From the IMG/VR virus record IMGVR_UViG_3300028388_003891, positions 5,513 through 69,512 of that record: a stretch of 64,000 nucleotides of DNA; one strand, written 5' to 3'. Each line of letters opens with the position of its first letter. Position 1 is the first letter of the stretch. This document shows positions 10,044-20,459 of this stretch, piece by piece. The DNA is from a virus. Lineage: Duplodnaviria > Heunggongvirae > Uroviricota > Caudoviricetes. The notes below the pieces were generated by a model, which was not told the origin of the DNA, searched no databases, and saw only the letters and a list, made by a program, of their open reading frames with translations. The position numbers and the translations under genes were made by a program.

Positions 10044-11414
10044 ATGTCTGATTTTGTACGTGTACCAGCTGATGGTGCAGGTAAACGTGTCACAACAAAA
10101 GTATACGCTGATAGCGCTGGCGATCTTTATACGCAAGTGGTGCATGTTGGTGACCGTTCTGACCCCACTCGTCTACAGACAATCGCGGCCGATGGGTCTG
10201 CTCTTGTAGAATTTAGTTCAGGGGTCCCGCAATTTAACGCCTTTAACAGACTTTTGACAACGCAGGATGATCTATTATCCGCATTTAAGTTCTATGAAGG
10301 TCCCAAAGCTGTAGCAACTAAAATTGATGCACAAACTACCGGCTCTGCTTCGGTCTTCTTCAATAGCGCTAACCAATCATACACTTTGCGATGCCCATCA
10401 GGAACAGGCCAAAAGGCGACGTTATCTTCGCACCGACGATTCAGCTATAAACCCGGCGCGTCAATAACGATGTTCTTTGTTGTTTCAGGCAACGCTACGT
10501 CGCAGCCTAACAACATTCGCCGCGCTGGTTTGTTCGACGAGAATGATGGCTTGTTTTTAGAGCTCGAAGATGGAGTTATTAATGTCGTCATCCGCAAAGG
10601 CGGCGTTGATACAAAAGTGCCCCAATCCGCGTGGAACAACGATCGTGTAGATGGAGCCGCCGGCGACTTTAATCGTTCAAGTGCTCGGTTAAATCCCGGC
10701 ACAATGAACATTTTCTTCATCACTTACCAATATCTTTCCGCTGGCGCAGTTACCTTTGGTCATTACGTTGGTGGCACACCTACTGTATTACACCGTGTTA
10801 GCAATTACGGCGAGTTGACCTCTCCATATATGGAAAACACGTATTTGCCACATCGGTTTGAATGTGAAAACACCGGTATTGGCCAGACGGGCGATACGGA
10901 TTTGTATACGTTTTGTTCTGCGACAGTGGCTGAGGGGTACACAGACCTTTTGCGTACACCGCTTGCCTTCGAAGCTACGAAAACTCTTTCCACAGATTCT
11001 GATGTGCCTATCATCACATTTCGCCCCAAACAAACTTACCAAGGCGATGATAACAGATATCGTTATCTACTCCAGTATGTTTCGGCGTACACCCACAATC
11101 AGCCAGTTGTCTTGACATTGTGGGCAACGACGACACCCTCCGGAGCTACGTACGAAGATAGCGCTCTTGGTCTAGAAATAGATACCGCCGCAACCGGAGT
11201 TGCTGGAGGGCTTCCTTACGGCAAATTAATGCTTGCTGCTAATCAAACAGGCGACATCAATTTAACACTAACTGGCGGCGACAATTCGACGGATGGGCTA
11301 TTTCGTAATAACGACATCACACAAAGCGACGTATGGTCTATAACCGGACGACGTTTGACAGATAGTGGAGATGCTGTAGTAACTGTGGGCGGATCCTTTT
11401 TCCAGGTGGAATGA
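10044..11414 (+). CDS. hypothetical virion protein (456 aa)
   Basis: ORF with GATAAATA late-promoter-like box at 10006-10013. Confidence 0.5.
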   Translation: MSDFVRVPADGAGKRVTTKVYADSAGDLYTQVVHVGDRSDPTRLQTIAADGSALVEFSSGVPQFNAFNRLLTTQDDLLSAFKFYEGPKAVATKIDAQTTGSASVFFNSANQSYTLRCPSGTGQKATLSSHRRFSYKPGASITMFFVVSGNATSQPNNIRRAGLFDENDGLFLELEDGVINVVIRKGGVDTKVPQSAWNNDRVDGAAGDFNRSSARLNPGTMNIFFITYQYLSAGAVTFGHYVGGTPTVLHRVSNYGELTSPYMENTYLPHRFECENTGIGQTGDTDLYTFCSATVAEGYTDLLRTPLAFEATKTLSTDSDVPIITFRPKQTYQGDDNRYRYLLQYVSAYTHNQPVVLTLWATTTPSGATYEDSALGLEIDTAATGVAGGLPYGKLMLAANQTGDINLTLTGGDNSTDGLFRNNDITQSDVWSITGRRLTDSGDAVVTVGGSFFQVE

Positions 11415-11914
11415 TGCTTGCAACGATGTGGGGAGGCTTCTGGGCCGACTGGGAGCTATATCATAAAGTTACATTCGATGGTCCCAATAGGCTAATTATT
11501 GTAAACCCTGGCGTCAATAACCTTGACATCAAGACCGACGTATATTCAGATTGGAAAGAGTGGGTGGGGGTTTCACCGGATAATGCTAGATGGCCTCAAG
11601 CTATACGTACGATTGGTGGTGACCCTACTGTAGGTTCATTGCGAGCTGGTGATATCTACTTTTTGGTCAATCGATGGAAACTGATTATTGACGTCGAAAC
11701 GGTTCGTGTGACCGGCGCTTTGTTCTCAGATGATTTTGAATCAGCGTATTACAAGAACGTTAACACGCCAGTATTTCCTGCGCAGGTTTCACAGCTTGTT
11801 CAGGCGATCGAAACCCGCGCGGCATTAACAGACGAACAAGCACAACAGCTAGAAGATGGCTACTTAGCCATTTTGAAAGCACTGACAACAAGAAAATACT
11901 TAGCACTTTCTTAG
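11411..11914 (+). CDS. hypothetical protein (167 aa)
   Basis: translationally coupled (ATGA overlap) to upstream ORF. Confidence 0.45.
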   Translation: MMLATMWGGFWADWELYHKVTFDGPNRLIIVNPGVNNLDIKTDVYSDWKEWVGVSPDNARWPQAIRTIGGDPTVGSLRAGDIYFLVNRWKLIIDVETVRVTGALFSDDFESAYYKNVNTPVFPAQVSQLVQAIETRAALTDEQAQQLEDGYLAILKALTTRKYLALS

Positions 11915-11923
11915 GAGTGAATT

Positions 11924-12145
11924 ATGAACGATGAAAACGATGTGCAGCAAGACCTCACCAACGAAATCGAAGGCCTGATCGATGCTGCACTGCAAAAAGA
12001 TTATGTCCAAGCCGAAAAGCATTTTAGCGCCGCAATTGGCGACAAAGTACTCGACGCTCTTGATGCTCAACGAGTGAATGTAGCCGACACTGTTTGGAAT
12101 AATAAAGCCGCATATGATGCGGAAGAGTCCGAGAGTGAAAACTAA
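11924..12145 (+). CDS. small acidic protein (73 aa)
   Basis: ORF with AGGAG RBS. Confidence 0.4.
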   Translation: MNDENDVQQDLTNEIEGLIDAALQKDYVQAEKHFSAAIGDKVLDALDAQRVNVADTVWNNKAAYDAEESESEN

Positions 12146-12172
12146 CTGGTGCCCCCGCGAATTCAGAGCTTG

Positions 12173-12180
12173 TATAAATA
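12173..12180 (+). promoter_or_regulatory. late promoter TATAAATA
   Basis: exact match 7 nt upstream region of ORF 12187. Confidence 0.65.
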
Positions 12181-12186
12181 AAACCC

Positions 12187-12393
12187 ATGAAAACTCTTGC
12201 GGACATCCGGATGATGCTCGAAGTAGCTAAACACACTACATACCGTACACATGGTGTAGATGTGGTTATTACAAGAGTAGGAAACAAGTACCAGGCCTCG
12301 ATAGACGGCGAGGTACTTGACACGTACAACACCGAGGACCAAGCAAGACAAATGGCAGTCGCTTTTGCAAAGCAGTATTCGAGTAGAAAATGA
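12187..12393 (+). CDS. hypothetical protein (68 aa)
   Basis: TATAAATA late promoter at 12173-12180 immediately upstream. Confidence 0.45.
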   Translation: MKTLADIRMMLEVAKHTTYRTHGVDVVITRVGNKYQASIDGEVLDTYNTEDQARQMAVAFAKQYSSRK

Positions 12394-13040
12394 CGATGAA
12401 GTTAATCACTGAATACACGACCGACTTTGAAGTAGTCTGTGAAGCTACTGAAAGCGGCAAAAAATATGCTATCGAAGGTGTATTTGCACAAGCAGAAGCT
12501 AAAAACCGCAACGGTCGCATCTATCCAAAAAGAGTGATGGAGCAGGCTGTTAACAAATACAAAACCGAACAGGTTGATACGGGACGAGCTGTTGGTGAGT
12601 TAAATCATCCAAAAACGCCGACAGTTAATCTCGACAGAGTTTCTCACCTCATCACTGACCTTCGCTTTGAAGGTAACGATGTGGTTGGAAAAGCGTCTAT
12701 TCTTGAAACACCTATGGGTCACATCGTAAAAGGTTTGCTCGAAGGTGGTGTCAAATTAGGCGTATCTACACGTGGTATGGGAAGCCTTGAGCAGCGCGGC
12801 GGAGTAAACTTCGTCGGCAACGACTTCATGTTGAACACAGTGGACATCGTCCAAGATCCATCAGCACCAGGAGCTTTTGTGAATGGTATTCTTGAAGGGG
12901 TTGATTGGGTATTGAACAACGAAGGAGTTTTTGAGCCTCAAGCACTTGAGCAGCTAGAGACAGAAATTAGCAGGGCACCACGCGGCAAACGCGACTATGT
13001 CGCCGCCGCAGCGTTTCGCAATTTCCTCTCGTCCTTATAA
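12390..13040 (+). CDS. prohead core protease (T4 gp21-like)
   Basis: 216 aa; ...LNHPKTPTVNLDRVSH...GVSTRGMGS... resembles gp21 family; precedes scaffold and major capsid genes. Confidence 0.75.
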   Translation: MTMKLITEYTTDFEVVCEATESGKKYAIEGVFAQAEAKNRNGRIYPKRVMEQAVNKYKTEQVDTGRAVGELNHPKTPTVNLDRVSHLITDLRFEGNDVVGKASILETPMGHIVKGLLEGGVKLGVSTRGMGSLEQRGGVNFVGNDFMLNTVDIVQDPSAPGAFVNGILEGVDWVLNNEGVFEPQALEQLETEISRAPRGKRDYVAAAAFRNFLSSL

Positions 13041-13065
13041 CGTCTCTCACACATAGGAGTGTAAG

Positions 13066-13749
13066 ATGAGCGATAACAAAAATCGCCACGATGACGGGAA
13101 AGAAATCGTGGACGAAATGAAGCATGACCCCGCAGCCGCTGAGCAACAATCAGTTGCTTCTGTTGCTAAAACTGACGACAACGTCAAGCGTGCACCTGCA
13201 CGTAAAGGCGACAAGAGAAACAGTGAGCCAATGACTAAAGCTGGAAAGATGAATGCCGTAAATCAGGCGATGAAAGAGATGACGAAAGAAAATTTCGACG
13301 TTCTTTACAACGCTGTAATTAACGGCGAACTGCCTGTTGCAGAAGGTGCAAAAGTTGAGTACGACTACCGTGCTGATCTTTACGACCTGATCGACGAAGA
13401 TGATTCACTTGACGAATCATTCAAAGTACAGGCTGGAACCATCTTTGAAACTGCAGTCAATCAGAAAGTTTCCACCGCACTCGAAAGCCTCGAGGAGCAG
13501 TATCAAGCCGATCTCGATGGGCAAGTAGAATCAATCCGCACAGAGATGGTTGAAGGCATCGATCGCTACTTGACTAATGCGGTAGAGAAGTGGTTGGAAG
13601 AAAATCGCGTTGCTATCGATACTGGCTTGCGTAACGAAATTGCCGAAGGGTTCATGGCGAACCTCAAGGACATCTTCGAGCAACACTATATCGATGCAAC
13701 GAGCAGACCGACGAAAACATTGAGCTTGCTAACGTTGCTGAGCATCTAA
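13066..13749 (+). CDS. prohead scaffold protein (gp22-like)
   Basis: 227 aa very acidic, helical, located between protease and major capsid genes. Confidence 0.6.
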   Translation: MSDNKNRHDDGKEIVDEMKHDPAAAEQQSVASVAKTDDNVKRAPARKGDKRNSEPMTKAGKMNAVNQAMKEMTKENFDVLYNAVINGELPVAEGAKVEYDYRADLYDLIDEDDSLDESFKVQAGTIFETAVNQKVSTALESLEEQYQADLDGQVESIRTEMVEGIDRYLTNAVEKWLEENRVAIDTGLRNEIAEGFMANLKDIFEQHYIDATSRPTKTLSLLTLLSI

Positions 13750-13811
13750 GCCGAGAGCTCGTTGTACGTGAACTCAGCGAAGGCCTAACCGACACGCAGG
13801 CTGAAAGGCTG

Positions 13812-14018
13812 ATGAGTCTCACTGAGAACGTTGAGTACGAGGACGTCGATGCATTTGCTGAAAAAGTGCAAAACATCCGTGAGTCGTACTTCTCTGGCAA
13901 GCAGTCTGAAGCTGATACACAGCTAACGGAAGGCGTGCTCACAGAAGAAGACGAGGCGGAAGACATCGATGATGTCATGGCAAGCTACGTCGAAACCATT
14001 CGTCGAGCAAAATCCTAA
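13812..14018 (+). CDS. small acidic protein (68 aa)
   Basis: ORF between scaffold and capsid genes. Confidence 0.35.
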   Translation: MSLTENVEYEDVDAFAEKVQNIRESYFSGKQSEADTQLTEGVLTEEDEAEDIDDVMASYVETIRRAKS

Positions 14019-14047
14019 TCCCATTTTTCCACGGAGAAAAATAACAA

Positions 14048-15394
14048 ATGCAAAATCTAGTAAACTACAGCGCTCTTACTAAGAAGTGGGCGCCTGTTCT
14101 CGACGAGGAGTCTGTCGGCTCTATTACCGACCGTCACCGTCGTAACGTAACCGCTGCTGTTCTGGAGAACACGCAAGATGCTCTTACTTCAGAGCGTGAG
14201 CAAATCCAATCCTTGATGGAGGCAGCTCCTGCTAACAACACTGGCAATGTTGGCAACTGGGATCCCGTTCTGATCTCTCTCGTACGCCGTGCAATGCCTA
14301 ACCTGATCGCTTACGACGTTTGTGGCGTTCAGCCAATGACTGGTCCTACTGGCCTGATCTTCGCTATGAAGTCTCGCTACCAGTCAACCAAAGCTGGCGC
14401 TACTGCTGGTGACGAAGCTCTGTTCCAAGAAGCTCTCGTTGGCTACTCAGGCGATTCTTCAACACAAGGCAACGGTAGCGACGGTCCTTCTGGCCTCGCT
14501 GGTCTTACTGACTCTAACGGTGACAGCAGCCTCGATAACGACCGTACTGGTCCTTACACTGGTGATGCCTACACGACTCAAGAGGCGGAAGCCTTGGGTG
14601 ACGGCGTAGGTGAAGCTTTTGCTGAGATGGGATTCACCATCGAAAAATCAACTGTGACTGCGAAGTCACGTGCGTTGAAAGCAGAGTACACCATTGAGAT
14701 GGCACAGGATCTGAAAGCGATCCACGGTCTTGACGCCGAAACCGAGCTTGCAAACGTCCTTTCCACGGAAGTGCTTGCTGAAATCAATCGCGAAGTAATC
14801 CGCACCATCAACTCTCAGGCAAAGACTGGATGTCTCCAGGCGAACGTAACTACGAAAGGTATTTTCAACCTTTCAACGGACGCTGATGGTCGTTGGTCTG
14901 CAGAGAAGTTCAAGGGTATGCTTGTACAGCTCGACCGCGAAGCTAACGTAATCGCGAAAGAAACTCGTCGCGGTAAGGGTAACGTTGTTGTGTGTTCTTC
15001 GGATGTCGCAACCGCTCTTGTTGCAACAGGTATGCTGGACTATGCTCCTGCTATCTCCGCAAACTTGCAAGTTGACGATACTGGTAACACCTTTGCTGGA
15101 GTTCTCAACGGACGTACTCGCGTGTACATCGATCCTTACGCAGTTGCTGACTACGTAACGGTTGGTTTCCGTGGTAACAATCCTTTTGATGCTGGCGTCT
15201 TCTACTGCCCATACGTACCGCTGATGATGATGCGTGCTGTTGGGGAAGGTAACTTCCAGCCAAAGATCGGCTTCAAGACCCGATACGGAATGGCTTCAAA
15301 CCCATTCGTAGGTGCGACTCCTGCTAACGGCCTAGCTGCAGCTAAGACTAACCAGTACTACAGAATTTTCAGAGTAGATGGAATTCTGCAATAA
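14048..15394 (+). CDS. major capsid protein (T4 gp23-like)
   Basis: 448 aa ORF after protease/scaffold; followed by strong terminator. Confidence 0.8.
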   Translation: MQNLVNYSALTKKWAPVLDEESVGSITDRHRRNVTAAVLENTQDALTSEREQIQSLMEAAPANNTGNVGNWDPVLISLVRRAMPNLIAYDVCGVQPMTGPTGLIFAMKSRYQSTKAGATAGDEALFQEALVGYSGDSSTQGNGSDGPSGLAGLTDSNGDSSLDNDRTGPYTGDAYTTQEAEALGDGVGEAFAEMGFTIEKSTVTAKSRALKAEYTIEMAQDLKAIHGLDAETELANVLSTEVLAEINREVIRTINSQAKTGCLQANVTTKGIFNLSTDADGRWSAEKFKGMLVQLDREANVIAKETRRGKGNVVVCSSDVATALVATGMLDYAPAISANLQVDDTGNTFAGVLNGRTRVYIDPYAVADYVTVGFRGNNPFDAGVFYCPYVPLMMMRAVGEGNFQPKIGFKTRYGMASNPFVGATPANGLAAAKTNQYYRIFRVDGILQ

Positions 15395-15424
15395 GAACTA
15401 GATTCCTTATAAGGAACTATTTCA

Positions 15425-15447
15425 AGGGGCTTCGGCCCCTTTTTTAT
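15425..15447 (+). terminator. rho-independent terminator after capsid gene
   Basis: AGGGGC-TTCG-GCCCCT then TTTTTT. Confidence 0.8.
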
Positions 15448-15706
15448 TACGAAGGGTTAACCGTCTTATTCAGCTTGTGAGTCCTTGGATAATTGGGGGC
15501 CTTATACTCGACGGCCTTAATCACACTATTCATGAATTGCTTGCTCCACGCACTCTAGTAGTTCTTCCCCGAGCTTATAGATACGTTGGTCTCTAGTTAC
15601 GGGATCTTTATCCTGCGCCTCTTCCAGAGGAATATCCACTGTGATTCGCAGCAAGGGCGTCAACGTTTGCTCATCCATGGCAAACTCATTCCAATATAAT
15701 CTCATA

Positions 15707-15970
15707 TCAGTACATCGGCTGATGACGAGACTTCCAGAGACCATAAATCTCAAGCTCTTCAACGATCTTTTCAACTTGCCGTTCGTCAAATGGTCCTAGT
15801 TCTGGATACACGTTAGAACTAGGAGGCGTAATACACGCTGTACTAGTTTCTAGTGTGGGGTGGTCTGTGTTGACCCACAACTGCAATTGCTCACACTCTT
15901 CGAAAGAGGGGGTCTGAATTGCAATTGCAGGTGTACCTAGAAAAAAGATGAGCAGGAATGTCTTTATCAT
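15707..15970 (-). CDS. small secreted protein (signal peptide MIKTFLLIFFLGTPAIA)
   Basis: internal Met of ORF 15707..16096 gives a typical signal peptide; weak. Confidence 0.3.
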   Translation of the reverse strand: MIKTFLLIFFLGTPAIAIQTPSFEECEQLQLWVNTDHPTLETSTACITPPSSNVYPELGPFDERQVEKIVEELEIYGLWKSRHQPMY

Positions 15971-16164
15971 TTGGTTAGCACCATTAGTAGCCACACGAAT
16001 GTTGGTATAGACGCTACACAAAGCACTCGTGGTGTGTGTAAAGGATCCCAGAACGCCGGTGTAAAACGCTTCACAAATAATGCTGACAGCACACATATTA
16101 TGACTGTCAGTATCAATGCTATTAATCGAACGTCCATAGCAAAACCGGCACTAGGCCGGTTTAC

Positions 16165-17607
16165 TCATGCAACCGCATAACGATCGCTCATGATTGTGTC
16201 AAGCATTACAGAATGCGGTGTCAACGTGCCTCCTAGCAACCCTTTAACGACTGCAGGACTTGCACCGCTGACGAGTGCTGCTCCGCTTTCATGCATCGTC
16301 ACAGGAATGTTATTGCCACGATCACACACATTCCACCATACAAGCTGAGGAACCTCGTATCCAGCTTTGCTGAACATCTCACGAGCCATTTCCTGTGCGG
16401 TAAAGTTAGTGCCTCGCCGTTGCACAAAGGGATGATCAAACTGCATATCGCTGATCACCAACAGATGCGTTGGCATGTCCTCTTGCGACAGATTAGCACG
16501 CTTTGCTGCAGTCAGTACTGCCTTAAATGTTTTCTGCAAATCGGTGTTCGCACCCCAGCCTGCAGATTCAACACTCTGCCAGCGCTGTTTCAGCGTTTTG
16601 CCTTTGATTACTTGCATTTGCGGACGCTCACTAAACGTAATGAACTGATCCTTAAAGATCGAAGTATTACGCTCGGCAAGGTACATTGCCAGAGACGTCG
16701 ACACGTCCATCGCTGTAACCGTTCCCGACCCCAGCGTTTGATTCATCGAGCACGACACGTCACAAACAACCATAAATCGAGCGTTGCTGTCGCCAATGTA
16801 ATCAGGCAGCGCTTTCCACTGTGCATCAGCCACTTGTGCATCACCGAGACGCAGTGATTTAACGATGTCGTATGGAAACACAGCACTTGCATTGACCTTG
16901 ACATCAGCATCCCCACGAGACAACTTTGCGCGGTACGAAGCATAGCCATCAGGATCGTGGCGGTAGAACGCTGCCTGGTAACGGGCTGCCGCAACCGACG
17001 GCACATGGCTGTAGGTGATCTGCGACCATTCATTGGCACACATACGCTGCTCGACAGTGTCGGACAGCGGCACAATCAATCTGCGCCACGCTTTTTCGTT
17101 GCGAACACCTGCTGCCTTAATAAGCGGCCGGGCCCCTTTCTTCACTTTACGTGGGGCCCACTTAGCCGCAAGACCATTGCCTTGCTCGATTGCTGTAACC
17201 CACAGCTCTGCTGCAAATGACTCGAGTGGTGTACCGAACGCCGCTTGAAGGTCGTCCCAGCGGCCAACTTCCGGAAGACGCTGTATTAGCGTCTGCGCTA
17301 CCTCTCGTAGCTCGGGGTTTGGTGCACCAGCAAGACCATTGATAATAAGGCGAACCGTTTCACGCTCGCCAGCACCACCACGAATGTCGCGGCCCCACAG
17401 CACAATACGCATTGCGTATTCTGGATTTTCCTGATACGCAGCCATAAACTGCCCAATCAGGTCTTTTCCCCGAGAAGAGCCTATCTGAAAAAACAGATCA
17501 ACGCAATCATTTAGCGAGCTGTGGAACGCTTCCATCCCATTCTCGGTGATCGTTGTGTTGGTCATTTGTGCCGCAAGTTTGCTTACTTGTGTCATAATAA
17601 TCTCCAA
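16165..17607 (-). CDS. vWA-domain protein, possibly Ro60/TROVE-like
   Basis: 480 aa; MIDAS motif VVCDVSCSMNQ close to Ro60 LLAIDVSASMNQ, C-terminal LLVISDMQFDHP strand, helical N-terminal ~300 aa; only long minus-strand gene in this region. Confidence 0.55.
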   Translation of the reverse strand: MEIIMTQVSKLAAQMTNTTITENGMEAFHSSLNDCVDLFFQIGSSRGKDLIGQFMAAYQENPEYAMRIVLWGRDIRGGAGERETVRLIINGLAGAPNPELREVAQTLIQRLPEVGRWDDLQAAFGTPLESFAAELWVTAIEQGNGLAAKWAPRKVKKGARPLIKAAGVRNEKAWRRLIVPLSDTVEQRMCANEWSQITYSHVPSVAAARYQAAFYRHDPDGYASYRAKLSRGDADVKVNASAVFPYDIVKSLRLGDAQVADAQWKALPDYIGDSNARFMVVCDVSCSMNQTLGSGTVTAMDVSTSLAMYLAERNTSIFKDQFITFSERPQMQVIKGKTLKQRWQSVESAGWGANTDLQKTFKAVLTAAKRANLSQEDMPTHLLVISDMQFDHPFVQRRGTNFTAQEMAREMFSKAGYEVPQLVWWNVCDRGNNIPVTMHESGAALVSGASPAVVKGLLGGTLTPHSVMLDTIMSDRYAVA

Positions 17608-17972
17608 AACAGACTGTACACTATCGCTACCATTTTAAATTTGCTGCAGACAGTCTTTGCTAGTAACGGAATGATTTTTCCTAGCGTTTGTTTGAGGACA
17701 AACCTTTCGATTGGTTGCTGTAATCATTCCTAAATTCTACTCAGCGAATAACGGGTCGCCTTGCTCATCAACGAGGTTGTCGTTGCGTACGATTTGAACG
17801 ACACCTCGATTTCCTCGCCGCGAAATTCCGTCAAAGGGGAGCAGTACGTACGTATACTCCCCACTGCTTATGATCGGGAAAACCCTTTGCTTGGTTTTCT
17901 TAATCCGTGTAGTTTTTAACATTCGAGTATCTTCCTTCGATCAAAAGCAATTGTCAACAGATAAATATCTGT

Positions 17973-18476
17973 ATGTCAACATGCATCGACAACCTTAGCT
18001 ATTTCCAACCAACCGGGTTTCGCATTATCGTCGATCGTACCCATTATCCTGCCTTTCAATTCTTTGCTCAACAGGTTACATTGCCGCAAGTAATCGTCGA
18101 ACCAGCGCCGCAAGGCGCGTCTAGGATCAACAGCATCCCTCATACAGGAGACGCCATTACCTTTGGTGAGTTGAATGTCTCCATGATTTTGGACGAAGAT
18201 TTCATTGGGTACACGGAGATATTAAACTGGATGATTCGACAAGTCAACACCAATCGTTATGGACAGCGAACACCACGCGACCAGCAGCGCCCGCCGTTGC
18301 AAGCTGACATTAAGGTAGAGGCACTTACGAGTCATAACAACAAAAACATTACCTTCACCTATCAAGGCGCTTTCCCCGTTTCACTTGGAGAGATATCGTT
18401 ACAATCGTCTGTTGCTGACGTCGAATACATCACCGTGCCAGTTGGATTCCGCTATACTCAATTCGATATAAGTTAA
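17973..18476 (+). CDS. hypothetical protein (167 aa)
   Basis: ORF. Confidence 0.45.
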   Translation: MSTCIDNLSYFQPTGFRIIVDRTHYPAFQFFAQQVTLPQVIVEPAPQGASRINSIPHTGDAITFGELNVSMILDEDFIGYTEILNWMIRQVNTNRYGQRTPRDQQRPPLQADIKVEALTSHNNKNITFTYQGAFPVSLGEISLQSSVADVEYITVPVGFRYTQFDIS

Positions 18477-18504
18477 TCTTTAACATACATTATGAGGTAT
18501 CGAT

Positions 18505-18957
18505 ATGGCTGAACATCTGACGATCGACGGCATCTACGATATGTGGAACGCAGAGTGTCAAATTGGGATTGACCTCGCCGAAGAATCCAGAAAAACGCCT
18601 ATTTTGCATTCCAAATACAGTCAGCTGCTGTCAACAGCCACATTACTGAAGCGCCGCGCTGAGAATCGATTAGATTCGCTCCTACAGACGAAATATCTGT
18701 ACTACAACGGAAAGCTAGACCCTAAAACTATCAGGCAACACGGATGGAACATTGATCCCTTCAATGGCGTCAAAATAATGAAGGGCGACCTCAATTATTG
18801 GTATAACGCTGACGTCGACATCCAGCAAGCTAAAGACCGCGTCGAATACTACAAGACGATGATCGACGCACTCAAGCAGATTTGTGATGCTCTAAAATGG
18901 CGTCACCAAACTATTCGAAATACACTCGAATTTATGAAATTTCAAGCAGGTGGTTAA
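18505..18957 (+). CDS. hypothetical protein (150 aa)
   Basis: ORF with RBS. Confidence 0.45.
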   Translation: MAEHLTIDGIYDMWNAECQIGIDLAEESRKTPILHSKYSQLLSTATLLKRRAENRLDSLLQTKYLYYNGKLDPKTIRQHGWNIDPFNGVKIMKGDLNYWYNADVDIQQAKDRVEYYKTMIDALKQICDALKWRHQTIRNTLEFMKFQAGG

Positions 18958-20459
18958 TGTCGCACATACAAGCACAGCTGATCGATCACTGTGATGTACT
19001 ATTGTTCAGCAAAGACGGTGGAATCTACAACGACCTTAACAACCATCTCTCGTTCTTAGCCCCAAATTACAAATACAATCCCAAATATAAAAAGGGGGTG
19101 TGGGATGGCTACATTCGCCTGGTAACGAAGGGACGTGTCGGTGTTGGTCTATGGCCACGTGTCCAAGAAATTTGCAAGACGTACGGTCATACGCTAGAAG
19201 TTGTACCAAGTCCTGTGCACGGATGCCCCCTTGACAAAGACTCAGTTCACCCTAGCGCTTTCGTTGACTTCATAAAGACCCTCAGTTTACCTCATGTACC
19301 TCATGATTTTCAGTACAAAACAGCCCTTGATTCAATACGCGATCGTAGAAAATTAATAATTTCGCCGACAGGCTCTGGCAAGTCGTTGATCGCTTATATG
19401 CTTACTAGGTGGGTCGTTGACAAACAGCACGGTAAGGTGTTGGTGGTCGTTCCTTCGATTAATCTGTTAAACCAGATTGTCAATGATTTTGCTGAGTATG
19501 GTTACGATATTGGCAACCATGTACTAAAGATTCATGATGAAAACGACAGCCACACCGTTGAGTATGCAGATGTCGTGGTTACAACTTGGCAAAGTGTGTA
19601 TAGACGACCACAGGAGTGGTTCGCACCCTTTACGTGTGTGATTGGGGATGAAGCGCATTCATTCCAAGCAAAGAGTTTGCATACCCTGATGAGCAAATGC
19701 GGCAATGCCATGTATAGATTTGGTCTGACAGGAACACTTGATGGCACTAAAGTTCATCAGCTTGTGCTTGAGTCTATGTTTGGTCCTGTCACTCATACGT
19801 CTTCAACTAAAGAGCTGCAAGACCGAAGTATCTTGGCGCCATGCGAGATTAAGGTACTGCTTGTTCATCACACCGATGAGCACAAACGTCAATGTGAAAA
19901 CATGATTCGCATGCAAAAACTAGAGCACACTAAAGCGAAGGCTTATAGACTGCAGCTTGAGTTTATTGCACAGATTGAGGCACGTAACAAATTGATTGCC
20001 AATCTCGCCAACGATATTAGCGGCAAAACAATTATTCTGTTTAGGTTCAAGCAGCATGGCAAAACAATTCGACAATTACTAGAGGATACTACAGACCGTA
20101 ACGTGTACTATTTCGATGGCACTGTTGAATCGAGCAAAAGGGAAAGCATGCGCCAACAGATCGAAGCTGATCCTACAGCATTAGTTGTAGCGTCATATGG
20201 AACATTCTCTGCGGGGATCAACATTAAAACAATCGACTCTGTAATTTTTGCCTCGCCATACAAAAGCACCATCAAAGTCCTTCAATCGATAGGTCGTGCA
20301 TTGCGCTATGTTGAGGGTAAGTCGGCTACTGTATACGACATTGTTGATGATTTGAGTAATGATGATCAATCAAATTACGCTATCCAGCACGGCATTAGTA
20401 GAAACCAAATTTACAATAAACAACAATTCCCAGTAACGCATTACGAGGTTAACCTTTAA
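18957..20459 (+). CDS. uvsW: UvsW-like DNA helicase (SF2, DEAH)
   Basis: Walker A SPTGSGKSL, DEAH box IGDEAHSF, N-terminal NPKYKKGVWDGYIRL resembles T4 UvsW; start taken at ATG 18957 (ORF track extends to 18897). Confidence 0.8.
   Translation: MSHIQAQLIDHCDVLLFSKDGGIYNDLNNHLSFLAPNYKYNPKYKKGVWDGYIRLVTKGRVGVGLWPRVQEICKTYGHTLEVVPSPVHGCPLDKDSVHPSAFVDFIKTLSLPHVPHDFQYKTALDSIRDRRKLIISPTGSGKSLIAYMLTRWVVDKQHGKVLVVVPSINLLNQIVNDFAEYGYDIGNHVLKIHDENDSHTVEYADVVVTTWQSVYRRPQEWFAPFTCVIGDEAHSFQAKSLHTLMSKCGNAMYRFGLTGTLDGTKVHQLVLESMFGPVTHTSSTKELQDRSILAPCEIKVLLVHHTDEHKRQCENMIRMQKLEHTKAKAYRLQLEFIAQIEARNKLIANLANDISGKTIILFRFKQHGKTIRQLLEDTTDRNVYYFDGTVESSKRESMRQQIEADPTALVVASYGTFSAGINIKTIDSVIFASPYKSTIKVLQSIGRALRYVEGKSATVYDIVDDLSNDDQSNYAIQHGISRNQIYNKQQFPVTHYEVNL

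Noticed and set aside
16291-17248. Plus-strand ORFs 16291..16857, 16957..17220, 17015..17248
   Set aside because: Antisense to the well-supported vWA gene. Arg/Cys-rich junk translations.
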